A program made the position numbers and the translations under genes. A stretch of DNA of 64,000 nucleotides, from positions 124,001 through 188,000 of the forward strand of contig AP039700.1 of NCBI GenBank assembly GCA_051599415.1. Direction: 5' to 3'. The notes beneath the pieces were generated by a model that was not told the DNA's origin, made no database searches, and saw only the letters and a program-made list of their open reading frames with translations. Source of the stretch: Savitreella phatthalungensis (Eukaryota). Shown here piece after piece: positions 24,301 to 35,684 of this stretch (position 1 is its first letter; every line of letters begins with the position of its first letter).

Positions 24301-24565
24301 TCACTCGCTGACTGACTCCACGAGCAGCAGACCGATGGCTCGAATGCCTAGTCGTAGCTACGATCCCGCTTCCAGGCAACGCTCGACACATCCACTGTTG
24401 CACACTCACCCCCTGCCGTCGGAATACTCACCCATCCGCGACATCCAAACCGCTTCACGCGCTGGCTGTCGGCCACGCTGCCTTCTACAATTGTAGCATA
24501 GAAGATAATCTCGTGGTTGGAACAAGGATCCCTGTATCTACACAGTCTATCAAATTAACTAAATC

Positions 24566-25552
24566 ATGTCTAAAGCTGTCGAAGCAGTCAAGGAGCAGGT
24601 GTCTGTTGCAAAGTCAAAGGCCGAGCAGCTCGCCCAGGAGACGCCGCTCAAGCGTTCCGGCATCGACCTCTACTCTCGTTTCGCCCTTGCTGGTGCCATC
24701 TCATGTTCCGTTACTCACGGTGCACTGACACCTGTCGATGTCGTTAAGACACGTATTCAGCTCGAGCCCGAAGTCTACAACAAGGGTATGATCACCGGCT
24801 TCCGTCAGGTCGTCTCGAAGGAGGGTGCAGGTGCTCTTCTCACAGGCTTCGGACCCACCGCGGCAGGTTACTTCCTCCAGGGCATGTTCAAGTTCGGAGG
24901 ATACGAGCTCTTCAAGAAGCTCATCATCGACCAGATTGGCGTTGAGACCGCTACACAGAACCGTACTGCAGTCTATCTCGGTGCTTCCGCTATCGCAGAG
25001 TTCTTCGCTGACGTCGCACTCTGCCCACTCGAGGCTACCCGTATCCGTCTCGTCTCCCAGCCATCCTTTGCCAACGGTCTCGTCGGCGGTGCATCCCGCA
25101 TCTTCCGCGAGGAGGGCATCGGTGCGTTCTATGCCGGTTTCGGTCCGATTCTGTTCAAGCAGGTCCCATACACCATGGCTAAGTTCGTCGTCTTCGAGCG
25201 TGCTTCTGAAGTCATTTTCGGCCAGTTCGGTGGCAAGGACAAGGTCTCGCCTGGTACTGCCACTGCTCTCAATCTTGCATCTGGTCTCGTCGCAGGTACG
25301 GCCGCTGCCATCATCTCTCAGCCCGCAGACACCCTTCTCTCCAAGGTCAACAAGGTCAAGAAGGCACCCGGACAGTCGACCTCTTCCCTGCTCGTCCAGC
25401 TTGCCAAGCAAACCGGTATTGGCGGTCTGTTCTCCGGTCTCGGTGCACGTATCGTCATGGTCGGTACCCTCACATCTGGACAGTTCGGTATTTACGGTGA
25501 CCTCAAGAAGTACCTTGACGTTGCCACCTCTGGCGTCGAGCTTGCCAAGTAA
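24566..25552 (+). CDS. MIR1: Mitochondrial phosphate carrier
   Basis: Three carrier repeats ([31 protein letters not shown]), [29 protein letters not shown]; strong codon bias. Confidence 0.96.
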   Translation: MSKAVEAVKEQVSVAKSKAEQLAQETPLKRSGIDLYSRFALAGAISCSVTHGALTPVDVVKTRIQLEPEVYNKGMITGFRQVVSKEGAGALLTGFGPTAAGYFLQGMFKFGGYELFKKLIIDQIGVETATQNRTAVYLGASAIAEFFADVALCPLEATRIRLVSQPSFANGLVGGASRIFREEGIGAFYAGFGPILFKQVPYTMAKFVVFERASEVIFGQFGGKDKVSPGTATALNLASGLVAGTAAAIISQPADTLLSKVNKVKKAPGQSTSSLLVQLAKQTGIGGLFSGLGARIVMVGTLTSGQFGIYGDLKKYLDVATSGVELAK

Positions 25553-25676
25553 TTTGCTCTGCGGAGCCACACCCACCATTCTAGCCAAGTTCTCAAGACT
25601 TTGCTGTCATAGACAATCATGCTCGTCCACATTGATCACATTTCTCACTGTCGTTGCAGCTTTCGTTCGTTTTCGT

Positions 25677-26351
25677 CTATAACGTGATCACGTCGTCCAT
25701 GAGCACATCGGTGGCTTCCTCCCATGGGATATCCTCGTCACAAGCAACCAGCTGACAAGCGAGGCCGATACCGAGTGTTGCCACACTTTTGTTCCCGTGA
25801 GATCGTCTAATGTTGTTGAGATAGCGATCGTAGTAGCCAGCGCCGTGACCCAGCCGACGCCCACCTTCGCTGAATGCCACTCCAGGACAGACAAGCAATG
25901 GAGTATCTTTGTCACCCGTCGCCTCCCCGAACTCAGCCGTCTCGAAAGCATCCCTTTTCGAACCGTCGCTTGTCAAGTTTCCAGGCTCCGGAATACCCCA
26001 TTCGGTCTTTTGATACTCATCAATCTCCTCAATAGCGTCCACCCTCAACAGCGTCATCGCAGTCCGCGACATACACTTGGGAACGTAAACGCGCTTTCCG
26101 TCCGCAAGAGCAGCTTGCACGAGCGGCATCGTGTCAATCTCCCTGTCAGCCATCGACAGAAACATTCCTACTGCTCGTGTATGTGCGTAGGCTGGATGTG
26201 CTCTGACGCGCGCAACCATAGCAACGCTTGCCTGCGCCCGGTCATCAGGCGACACGCTCGCGATTGCTTGTGCGATAGATCTCCGCAGCGCCTTCTTTGC
26301 TGCCTTTATCGATGACATTCGAGTCTCCCCCACCAAGTCGTCAGCGCTCAT
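25677..26351 (-). CDS. FAU1: 5-formyltetrahydrofolate cyclo-ligase (MTHFS)
   Basis: AKKALRR, FLSM..EIDT, GKRVYVPK, WGIPEP, PGVAFSEGGRRLGHGAGYYDRYL, DVLMD. Confidence 0.93.
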   Translation of the reverse strand: MSADDLVGETRMSSIKAAKKALRRSIAQAIASVSPDDRAQASVAMVARVRAHPAYAHTRAVGMFLSMADREIDTMPLVQAALADGKRVYVPKCMSRTAMTLLRVDAIEEIDEYQKTEWGIPEPGNLTSDGSKRDAFETAEFGEATGDKDTPLLVCPGVAFSEGGRRLGHGAGYYDRYLNNIRRSHGNKSVATLGIGLACQLVACDEDIPWEEATDVLMDDVITL

Positions 26352-26666
26352 GCAAGCTCGAGTTCCAAGCGGCAGGCAATATCTTCTGAAAGTACCCGGT
26401 CCACATCAAAGGTATCCACAGGCTGCAGCCTGCATCCCTGCGCGGATAAGCAGGATGACTGTGGAGCCGATGTGTGCATAGGTTTTCGAGCTTTTGGGCG
26501 ACTCTCACATGCACGTTGCGTTTGCCGAAGTTCGATTGTCTTGGAATCCAATGCACGACCTCACACGATCCTGACGTTCACGATTGATGATCAAAGGACG
26601 CACATCACAAGTCTTCCTATCTCCCGGACGACGATGTACACGCGTGGGCGCGCTTGAGATGTGCGG

Positions 26667-27491
26667 ATGCGATCGCTTCTGCTGCGACTAGTGCGGCCTG
26701 TGGAAGGCGTCAGGACCCCTCGCCGCCAGGCACCGGTTCCAACACGACCTGCACTCCGATCACCGTCCATCTGCACCTGCCGCCGCCCTCTCACAACCTC
26801 ACGCTCCTATGCGACGCGGTCTGCACCCGCACTCGAGGAGGAGCACATCCCGAACGACGCCGACAACCCAGCAGACACGGCGGTCGCCGAAGGCATGCGA
26901 TCTGCCTTTAGCCGGTTTGCCCAGCCTGTGTGCGTGATCACGACAGGCGGGAACGATGTCGTTGGACGTCGTGGGATGACGGTGTCGAGCGTTGTGTCGG
27001 TCTCTGTGACGGGGTCTGCGTCGCTCCTGGCGTTCAACGTCCGCCTACCGAGCCGCGGACTGCAGGCCATGGTCGGCCCTTGCGGATTTGCCGTACACAT
27101 GCTCAGGGACACACCGACAGAGAGAGCGCTAGCGGCGTACTTCGCAGCAGCGCCGATTCCACTTGATATCCGCCATCATATCTCACCAACTCCACTCATG
27201 CACGCCCTACTGGCGGGTGATGTCGGGCCCGACGACAATACGGCGGTTTGGGAGGCTGCTGGAGTGTGGGAGATGTCTGAGGAGCGGGAAGGGATACCGA
27301 TGCTGAAGAAGGAGATCAGTACGGGTCCGATTCTCCGGTGTTCGGTCGAGCGAGTGGTGGAAGTTGGCGACCATGCGCTTGTCATCGCTCGCGTCCACGA
27401 GACCTTGCGTACCGCCGGCGGGGACAGACAGAGAGATAAGGCACTGGTGTATCTCCACCATGGGTTTCACGGCGTCACGGGGTCCAGCTAA
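26667..27491 (+). CDS. Flavin reductase-like domain protein with a probable mitochondrial presequence
   Basis: MRSAFSRFAQPVCVITT, RGMTVSSVVSVS, FAVHML, VGDHALVIARV, LVY; Arg-rich N-terminus. Confidence 0.87.
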   Translation: MRSLLLRLVRPVEGVRTPRRQAPVPTRPALRSPSICTCRRPLTTSRSYATRSAPALEEEHIPNDADNPADTAVAEGMRSAFSRFAQPVCVITTGGNDVVGRRGMTVSSVVSVSVTGSASLLAFNVRLPSRGLQAMVGPCGFAVHMLRDTPTERALAAYFAAAPIPLDIRHHISPTPLMHALLAGDVGPDDNTAVWEAAGVWEMSEEREGIPMLKKEISTGPILRCSVERVVEVGDHALVIARVHETLRTAGGDRQRDKALVYLHHGFHGVTGSS

Positions 27492-27650
27492 CGCGCGGAA
27501 CGGCAGACCCCTGCGAAATACACACGCACACGCACAATGTAACATTTACATGACATTAGACAAAAGAAATGCATCGGGATGAGTGAAGAGTCAGATGAAG
27601 GGTAATCACAATCGGCAGAATTTGCGTTGGACGGCGTGAACGGGGCTATG

Positions 27651-30188
27651 CTAGGTGGTCGTGCTTGCAGAGAGGATGTTGTCGCTGTTGTTGCCGTTGC
27701 TGAAACCACTGGTACCAGTAAGCGAGGGTGGCGGTGGCGTATGAACTCCATAGGTGCTAGCGAGGTCGATCGAGTGGGAAATCTCGTGAATGGATTTCAG
27801 GAGATCAGCTTCGATCTGGAGTCGCTCAGCCATCGTCCTCTCCCTATCGATCTGTCGATCGGCGTACTCTTGCCTCAGGATCTGATCTTGAAGGGCGTCG
27901 AGTCTATCGAGTTCCTGCTGAATCTTCGTGCGGCGTAAGGAGAGTCTGTCAGCTTTGGCACGTGATTTTGCGGCATCTTGCTCAGCAGCTGCGAATTCAC
28001 GCTCGTGGGACTTCTTTTCCCGATCGTATCGTTCACGAACCTTGTCCAGCGTTCGTGCTTCGGCATCACGCTTGGCACGCTGCTTCTCCCATTGCGTCAC
28101 TTGTGCGAGACGCTTGGCCTTGTATCGTTCCCGCTCAGACTCCATCTCCTCCACTTGGACCTCCATCCGCTTCAGCTCGTTTTGCAGTGACAGAATGCGG
28201 CCCTGTAGACGGTGCTCGTTCTTGTCGAAAGCGTTGACGCGTGAGCTCAGGTGATCACACTCACGCTGAAGCTGTTGCAGACGCTTGGTGTTATCCTTGC
28301 GTGCGCGCTTCAGTGTCTGTCGCTTTTCCTCTAGCTTCGCCGCTGCAATAGCGATTGAGTCTTCGAGCGTGGAAATGGGCGACGGCGGGCCTGCATTCGA
28401 TTGAGCTTCATTTTCGCCAGCTGTCGCAACAGCAGTCGGTGTACCTGGATTCGTCGTTGTCGTGACAGCGGCAGGGGATGTGGGACAGCCACTGCTAGTT
28501 GTGACGTTGGCCGATGAGCTCTGGGCAGACGGATGCACACCAAGAGGCGGTAGAGCATTTGAGTCGCCACGTGTTCGTCGAGTCTGTATCTGTGGCTGTT
28601 GCTGCGGTTGAGTGCAAACAGTGAATTGATGCTCACCCACACTGTGCTGAGCGACGATTCGTAGGGTCAACTCGTATTCCGTCTTGGGACTCAGGTTATC
28701 GACAAACAAGCTGCACAGCACTTCGTCATGTTCGTGCTGTTTTCGTTCTTCTGCGATGGTATCGGATTCCTCTTCGCCATCATCATCGTCTTCGTTCGTG
28801 ATTGAGGGCCGTGATTTCCATGGCAATCCGTTGACTCGTAGGTCGAGGTCGTCAACGAAAGACCTCGGGATTCGTATACCCAGGACAATATACATGCTCG
28901 CGATTTCCGAGATCCAGACGGTAAAGTGAGGCGCTGTTTGATTGCCAGTATCGGCGGAGCAGAGATCAGCACGCTTATCAGTCATTTCAATTCGCCAGTG
29001 CATGAGCGTATCCCATATCGAGGGTCCGACAAGATCGTCACATTTATCATCATGCGTATGCGACAGAGCAGCGAACGGTCCTGTTGGATGTGCGGTAATA
29101 TTCCTCTTCTTGATATTGCCCTTTAGAAGAGCCAAATTTGCGCCTGAAGGTGACGATGTTGCCAAAGCGGAGCTAGGATTGCTGTTTGACTTGCTCTCGC
29201 TGGTCTCGACCTTTGCAGCTGACTGCGCTTGCGAATCACGTAGCCAGACACTGATTAAGCGAAGCATGCCGATCGTGAAAACATGAATAGCGACCACACT
29301 CTTGACGTGGTCGACCACAGGATTTCCTGCCATTCCACCCCATCTTAATGCCTTGAAAGGTCGCAGTAGCGATGATGCGGAGTCTGTCCATGCAGGTGGA
29401 AAGTTTATCGGCAGCGAAGAGCTCTCGGCAGAAGATGCGGCTGCAGCAACGACCTTCTGGTCTTGAAAGGAAAAGGACCACAACCGAGTAACAGCTGTAC
29501 GTGCGCCTGCAAGTCCAAGAGCAAATGGAAACGTCATGCGAGAAGATCCGCCAGACATGGAGATGGCGATAATGATGTGGGAGACATCAGTGATGACATG
29601 CTGCAGCCATGGCATGAGCACTGCAGTGAAGAGGAGCACAGCAGCATCAATGAAGATGATCATGGCCAGCGGAAGATTAGCATGGTGAGGAATGCCGTTA
29701 GAGGATGTCAGAGCATGTTCTTTGTAAGAAAAGAGGAGGTGGGAAACTGTGACGAGGAGGCTGGGAAAGTTGACAAGAATCAGGAGCAATGCGATGGTGT
29801 CGGCAATTGGGTAGTTGGGCAGGGTAGCAGTATCGTCCGATGTCGAAGCCGACGAGGATTTCACATACGACAACTGCATCGGTTCATTCGTCTTGCTGGT
29901 TGGAAGCGTCAAGTTGCTCTGCTCTGCGGAGGCGGATTCGCCCGGAATCTCGCGCTCAGCCTGTTCATCAGGCGTTTCTGAAACAGTGTCTTCATTTACT
30001 GTGGGTGTGGAGGGTGCGGATCCGTCGGGTGAATCTCGTGGATTATCGTAGGAAGCCACGCGCTTGCCAGAAGCTGCCGCTGAAGGTGGTGTGCCTGTAC
30101 CAGAACCACGGTGTCTTGGTTTTGCAGAAGTGAGCATGCCGGCCTTGCGAGAAGCTCTGCCTGTAGTGTTGCCTGTGGCACTGCTCAT
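27651..30188 (-). CDS. AcrB-like fungal membrane and coiled-coil protein (ubiquitination-network protein)
   Basis: YPIADTIALLLILVNFPSLLVTVSHLLF resembles Aspergillus AcrB. Several TM segments, a beta-rich FN3-like part (NLSPKTEYEL) and a long C-terminal coiled coil. Confidence 0.72.
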   Translation of the reverse strand: MSSATGNTTGRASRKAGMLTSAKPRHRGSGTGTPPSAAASGKRVASYDNPRDSPDGSAPSTPTVNEDTVSETPDEQAEREIPGESASAEQSNLTLPTSKTNEPMQLSYVKSSSASTSDDTATLPNYPIADTIALLLILVNFPSLLVTVSHLLFSYKEHALTSSNGIPHHANLPLAMIIFIDAAVLLFTAVLMPWLQHVITDVSHIIIAISMSGGSSRMTFPFALGLAGARTAVTRLWSFSFQDQKVVAAAASSAESSSLPINFPPAWTDSASSLLRPFKALRWGGMAGNPVVDHVKSVVAIHVFTIGMLRLISVWLRDSQAQSAAKVETSESKSNSNPSSALATSSPSGANLALLKGNIKKRNITAHPTGPFAALSHTHDDKCDDLVGPSIWDTLMHWRIEMTDKRADLCSADTGNQTAPHFTVWISEIASMYIVLGIRIPRSFVDDLDLRVNGLPWKSRPSITNEDDDDGEEESDTIAEERKQHEHDEVLCSLFVDNLSPKTEYELTLRIVAQHSVGEHQFTVCTQPQQQPQIQTRRTRGDSNALPPLGVHPSAQSSSANVTTSSGCPTSPAAVTTTTNPGTPTAVATAGENEAQSNAGPPSPISTLEDSIAIAAAKLEEKRQTLKRARKDNTKRLQQLQRECDHLSSRVNAFDKNEHRLQGRILSLQNELKRMEVQVEEMESERERYKAKRLAQVTQWEKQRAKRDAEARTLDKVRERYDREKKSHEREFAAAEQDAAKSRAKADRLSLRRTKIQQELDRLDALQDQILRQEYADRQIDRERTMAERLQIEADLLKSIHEISHSIDLASTYGVHTPPPPSLTGTSGFSNGNNSDNILSASTTT

Positions 30189-31640
30189 AATGTGCGCGTG
30201 CCCCGAGCAGGAGGGAGACAGGTCAGATTTGTCTGCTCGGGGACTGTGAGAGGTATTGAGAACGTTGTCGCGATTGCTCTACAAGCAGAGAACGTGTGCT
30301 CTATGTGCGCGTGTGGGAGCAAGACAGCGAGACTGGAGCGGAAAGTACTAGCCGTAGATCGCTGCAAGTATGATTTACCTTCGGTGGCTCATCGATGAAC
30401 ACGAAGCAAAGCAGCACAAAAGGGTGCTATATACAGGATCGCTGTCCTTGTACGCCGAATGCAGATATCGGATGCTGGATACTGGATGCCGGATGCTGGG
30501 TGCGAGATAGAAAATGCGTGTTAGCAGCTTACCGGAGTCAATTGACCTCTTTGTCAAGACAGTACTCAGGATCTTGTAAGCAAGGAGCCTGTGGAAGGTG
30601 CAATCCAGTCACTATCGAGTGGCGGCTCGTGGAAGATGACTGACTGGATTACCTGACAGAGTACACTCTCTTGATTGAGGATGAGCTTGTCGGGCTAGCG
30701 TTGAGAAGATCGATATCCTGTTAAGGTTTGTCAAGTGAGTTCTTCCTCCTTGTGACTGACCCGAATTTGGTGACTCGATCTACAGAGGAGAGGAGAGAGT
30801 GAAGAGATGTATCTCTCTAGTTATCACTCTCCCTCTCTCTCTGATTCTCTCATTAACCTCAAATATCGAGCTCGAATAAAAAATTAATTTGTTCACGGAA
30901 TTAGTCTGATGATCTTGAGTGCGTACACGGCTAGCTAGCTCGCTAGCTATAGCACATGTGCATGCATGGATCATTTTTCCTGCATACACACGTACGCGTA
31001 CAGTATATGTATCGAATATTGGTTCGATGGAGCAGACAAGAAATCGACATTTGATTCAGAACACAAGTCACCTATGCAGTCTATACAAATCTATTCCACA
31101 AGTAAATTGATCCAGCTTCCAGATTGAAAGGATCAATTGACTATAATATAATACTCGCCAATCGGGTAAAGCCATAGAGCAATTGATAGTACTAGCTGTA
31201 CATACAGGAATGATCGTCACGAACTCCAGACGTGTGACCCTCCATGTTCTAGCTCTATGATCAAGCAAGCCAGATGCATAAGATTTGTGCATCTACACTG
31301 CAAATAATTGATGTATCGATATATCTACCGATTAGAATCTCTGACTGTCACGTGTAGAATAGACTTTTGTAGTACAGAGTACAGGATGCAGGATGCAGGA
31401 TGCACAAAGATCATGTTCATCCTCCGATGCACGACAACTACCTCAAAGAGCTTGAAGAGATACACTACATACGCTTACAACGACTCATCAGCTGATAGAT
31501 CCTACCCATGAGTCTCTTTCACTCTCTCTCCATCGGTTTGACATAGCCATCATTCTCTGTCACTCAATTCTCGAAATTCATGAGCGACAGAGTCAAATTG
31601 CCGCCGTGAGTTGCGCCTTGTCGAGGTGGAATCTTCGACC

Positions 31641-34142
31641 ATGACAACGCCGACCGATGGCAGGACCTTCCATCACCCGTACCAGCCATATGATATTCAG
31701 CTCGAGTTCATGCGTGCTTTGTACGAGACTCTTGACAACGGCCAAATAGGTATCTTTGAATCACCTACGGGTACAGGAAAGACACTCAGTCTCATCTGCG
31801 GCGCCCTCACCTGGCTGAGGGATCGTTCGAGTCAGGATGGTGGTGTATTGGATTCTGCGGGAGATGATAAACTGTCCTTCTCCGCTCCCGACACAACCTC
31901 AGATCCCCCGTGGCTGGTTGCGCAGTTGGAAGAACAAAGACTCAAAGACCGGCTTGCTCATGCACAAAGACTTGAACACAAGCTGGACGAAATTCGTAGA
32001 GAAGAAGCTAAACGTCATCGTTCAGAGGCCAATCGAGCTCAGAAACGCCGTCGTATAGACGAGCAGGAGGCTAGCGGACCCTTTGAGCAACGCGAAGAAG
32101 ACTTCCTCGTCGACACAGAGCCTGGTACCATTCATCAAACTGCTGCTGATGGCAATAATTATTCTCCGGAGGTGCTCAAGCTTCTACAGCAGATGGGGCA
32201 TCCTTCTCTCGAGAAGCAGAAAGAAGACGAGTACCCTAGCACGCGCAAGATTCTCTTCGCCAGTCGCACACATTCCCAGCTTCAGCAATTCTCATCAGAA
32301 CTGAAGCGCGTACCAATCCATCGTTCAGATGCTACAAATCACCACGCCTGCGATGCTCGTCATGTCGCTCTTGCTTCTCGCAAGAATTTATGCATCCACC
32401 CGACAATCTCGCGGCTCTCAGGCGAGGCAGTCAATGAGACCTGTCTCGAACTTCAGGAGAGCAAGACTGCAGCTGACAAGCGCTGCGCGTTTCTACCAAA
32501 GGAGTCCACGCCCAAACACCTTTATCGAGACCGTACGCTGGCGACGATCCAGGATATCGAAGAATTAGTGACGCTCGGTAAACAACTCTCGGTCTGTCCA
32601 TACTACGGCACTCGTCTAGCCGTGCCCGCAGCTGAGGTCGTCACTATTCCGTATCCGCTTCTGCTCAGCCCAGTCGCTCGCCAAGCAGCGGGACTTGACT
32701 TGCGAGGCAATGTCGTCGTTATCGATGAAGCTCATAACTTGATCGACGCTGTCGCCAGTACCTTTGCAGCGCAAATCACCTCATCGCAGCTTGAAAATGC
32801 GTCTGACTTGCTCGAGATGTACGAGAACAAGTTCCGTGCACGTCTCTCTGGCGAGAATCGTATGTTTGTTGCTCAACTGAGAGTTCTCGTCCGATCCCTC
32901 TGCGAATTCGTTGCGTCTGCCTCGCGAAAAGAAGGGCTCGTTGATGTGACAGACCTTCTGTCTGCCGGCGGCGACGCAATCAATGTGCCGGCTATTACGC
33001 GCTATCTGACCCGCAGCAAGCTTGCTCGCAAGGTCGACGGGTACAACAAGTTTACACGTGGCGTTGCTGAAAAGACGACTCCCGTCCTGCACTTGGTGCA
33101 GAACTTCCTAGATCGTGTGGCGAGCCCATCTCGCGAGGGACGTTTCATTTTTGAGCGTGCCATCCCGGAAGCAGGTGGCACGATGCCCGAGCCTCGACTC
33201 CGGTATCTTTTGCTTGACCCGTCTGATGCTTTCCTCCCACTCGTTCAGGACGCTCATGCCATCGTTCTAGCGGGCGGAACCATGTCGCCTGCCAACGAGC
33301 ATGTTGACCGCCTATTCCCAAGTGCTCGATCTCGCGTACGCCAATTCTCCTGCGGGCACGTGGTCCCAGCGTCCCATCTCCTGGTACAAACGCTCTCAAA
33401 AGGACCTGGCGGCGTTTCCCTCGACTTCCGTCACGCTACAAGAGAGCTACCAAACGTTCTCGATGATCTCGGCAGAGCTCTGCTGAATCTCTCCGCGGTC
33501 ATACCCGATGGCATGGTCGCGTTTTTCCCTTCCTATGCGCATCTCGGCTCCGTCGTCTCCCGCTGGAAAGCAGCAGGCCTGCTCGATCAGCTGAACCGGC
33601 GAAAGCGTGTGTTCCAGGAATCGCGAGACTGTCATGCGGAAACGCTCCTGCGTGACTATGCTAGTGCGGCGGTCACCGACAAAGGTGCGATACTCCTATC
33701 CGTCGTTGGAGGCAAGCTGTCTGAAGGGATCAACTTCTCAGACCGACTGGGTCGAGCGGTCTTGTTGGTGGGTTTGCCATTCCCAGACGCCAGGTCACCA
33801 GAGTGGCGGGCGCGACTCGACTACGTCTCGCGTGAGGCCCCCACCAAGGACAAGCCACAGGCGAAGGCGGACTACCTCGCAGACCTCACCATGCGCGCCG
33901 TCAACCAGGCCATCGGCCGTGTCTTGCGCCACAAGAACGACTACGCTGCCATCATTCTCTGCGATATCCGGTGGACTGGTTCAGCAGGCGATGTCGCCCA
34001 AGGACTTCGGTCCAGACTTCCTGGCTGGATCAGGCAATCTATGCCATCTACAGATCCCGACAAGGCAACTTTTGGAGCTACGCTCACAGCACTAGCGGCA
34101 TTCTTCAAGGGTCATAAGCAAGCTCCAGCGCAGGGAGGATGA
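31641..34142 (+). CDS. CHL1: Fe-S DEAH DNA helicase Chl1/DDX11
   Basis: FHHPYQPYDIQLEFM, FESPTGTGKTLSLICG, SRTHSQLQQF, four Fe-S cysteines (SRKNLC, ETCLE, RCAF, CPYYG), IDEAHNL, GGKLSEGINFSD, RAVNQAIGRVLRH. First ATG at 31641. Confidence 0.97.
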   Translation: MTTPTDGRTFHHPYQPYDIQLEFMRALYETLDNGQIGIFESPTGTGKTLSLICGALTWLRDRSSQDGGVLDSAGDDKLSFSAPDTTSDPPWLVAQLEEQRLKDRLAHAQRLEHKLDEIRREEAKRHRSEANRAQKRRRIDEQEASGPFEQREEDFLVDTEPGTIHQTAADGNNYSPEVLKLLQQMGHPSLEKQKEDEYPSTRKILFASRTHSQLQQFSSELKRVPIHRSDATNHHACDARHVALASRKNLCIHPTISRLSGEAVNETCLELQESKTAADKRCAFLPKESTPKHLYRDRTLATIQDIEELVTLGKQLSVCPYYGTRLAVPAAEVVTIPYPLLLSPVARQAAGLDLRGNVVVIDEAHNLIDAVASTFAAQITSSQLENASDLLEMYENKFRARLSGENRMFVAQLRVLVRSLCEFVASASRKEGLVDVTDLLSAGGDAINVPAITRYLTRSKLARKVDGYNKFTRGVAEKTTPVLHLVQNFLDRVASPSREGRFIFERAIPEAGGTMPEPRLRYLLLDPSDAFLPLVQDAHAIVLAGGTMSPANEHVDRLFPSARSRVRQFSCGHVVPASHLLVQTLSKGPGGVSLDFRHATRELPNVLDDLGRALLNLSAVIPDGMVAFFPSYAHLGSVVSRWKAAGLLDQLNRRKRVFQESRDCHAETLLRDYASAAVTDKGAILLSVVGGKLSEGINFSDRLGRAVLLVGLPFPDARSPEWRARLDYVSREAPTKDKPQAKADYLADLTMRAVNQAIGRVLRHKNDYAAIILCDIRWTGSAGDVAQGLRSRLPGWIRQSMPSTDPDKATFGATLTALAAFFKGHKQAPAQGG

Positions 34143-34235
34143 GTGAAGTGGTCATATATTCGTGTAAGATTACGTTCGGTTCATGTGAAGCTGGATGTGC
34201 AGGGATGCGTACATATGTCGTGTGGGTGCAGAGAG

Positions 34236-34688
34236 TCAAAGCGTTTGCAGATTGCTTGTGAGCTCCTGCTTCGTGGCTGCATCGCCAAAGTACCCGGCAA
34301 AAGGTGCAGGCATTGGAACCGGGATCTGCATCTCGATCGCGTCACGTAAAGGACCTGCTGCTGCAGCCGCAATTGCTTCCATCGATGCGTTCGCTCCATT
34401 ACCCCATCGACCGCCATGCCAGTCGAGCTTGACCCCATATCCTTTCGACCACACGCGCTCGAGAGCAGGCATCCACTGCAGACCGATCATGACGCCCCGC
34501 CAGCAGCACCAGGTCGCCATCACCACCACCAGAGCGAAGATTGCCTGGACAACGATCCGCTCAGCTGGATCAAGCAGGTAGATGCCGAGTGTGATTTCGT
34601 ATTGTGTCTGCCATCTCTGGAAGCGCGAGAGTTTGTGGAAATCCGGGTCGGTGTGTCTGTTTGCATCTTGGTCGATCTCTAGTGACAT
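34236..34688 (-). CDS. Serine palmitoyltransferase small-subunit-like protein (Tsc3/ssSPT-like)
   Basis: RWQTQYEITLGIYLLDPAERIVVQAIF followed by a TM helix matches the Y-E-x-T-x-G-x-Y-x-x-x-P-x-E-[RK] family pattern. Confidence 0.75.
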   Translation of the reverse strand: MSLEIDQDANRHTDPDFHKLSRFQRWQTQYEITLGIYLLDPAERIVVQAIFALVVVMATWCCWRGVMIGLQWMPALERVWSKGYGVKLDWHGGRWGNGANASMEAIAAAAAGPLRDAIEMQIPVPMPAPFAGYFGDAATKQELTSNLQTL

Positions 34689-35684
34689 GGCAGGTCGGAT
34701 GAAATTCGTTCAGAAAGTCTTCACACACGCGCACGACCGCAGACCAACATTGTCTCTATATAGTAAGAATTAGCTAGGCCATCGCTCGTGCATGTGGATG
34801 ACGACAACGCGCACACACACACGCAAAACCCCTCCGGCACATTTCTGACATGTGCTTCTGGGTTGAATCGGATTAATATGTCATCAACGGACTGCCACCC
34901 ACGGCAGTGGCTTTCATTTCGTTTTCGTTCCCGAATGGCTTTGCAAATTCTTCTTCATTAAAAACTTCCGGCAAGTTGATCATCTTCGTTGAATAACTCC
35001 GGCGGGAAGCTTTGACGACCAAAGGACTGATGAAATCCCCGCAGGCGGATATAGTACCACGGGTGAAACACGCCGTCATTTCTAATCCACCTTATCCTTC
35101 TACACATTTTTACTTTTGTTTCCGCACAAGTTACAGCCTGAATCAGTTCCAGCTCAATGTTGTAACGGTTCAAAAAGTCAATGTGTCAAGTTCTCTTGGA
35201 CTAGCTTTCTCCTGCTTTTGACCCACATCAGATGGATAACAGATCTCATCCTCCTCCATATAAGCCATCGGGTGACAACAAATTCCGCATCAGCCTATAC
35301 CACACAATTATGACGTAGTTTACAGCCTTCGGATACAATCAACACCGCAACTACCGAACCACGTCAGTGAGCACAACCGATTTCGACAGTGCGGAACAGC
35401 AACAGATTCGCTCAAAGTTTCCCGCATCATTGGATGGGTCACGGCTTTCATCTAGACTCCTCACGCGTGCAAACCGTCCTTCAGGTAGTCAACACGCACA
35501 ATATGCGGAGACCGCGCCTGCATCTTTTCTTCGTTCATGCCATTACAATTGTCACTCGGCATCTTCAGAACACATGAGTACTACCACTTGGTGTCTTCTC
35601 ATATGGAAGTTGATTAGTATACCAGATTGCCAATGCTCCTGGCTTGTCTTGTCCGGCATCGTTTCTCCTCTCAGACTCTGTCGT

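Noticed and set aside
24701..25682. Long antisense (295 aa) and alternative-frame (285 aa) ORFs over MIR1
   Set aside because: Shadow ORFs expected from strong codon bias, with no protein-like motifs.
35021..35085. Hammerhead-like motif order CUGAUGA...GAAAC...GUC
   Set aside because: Stem I and stem II do not pair properly next to the core, and stem III would be only 2 bp.
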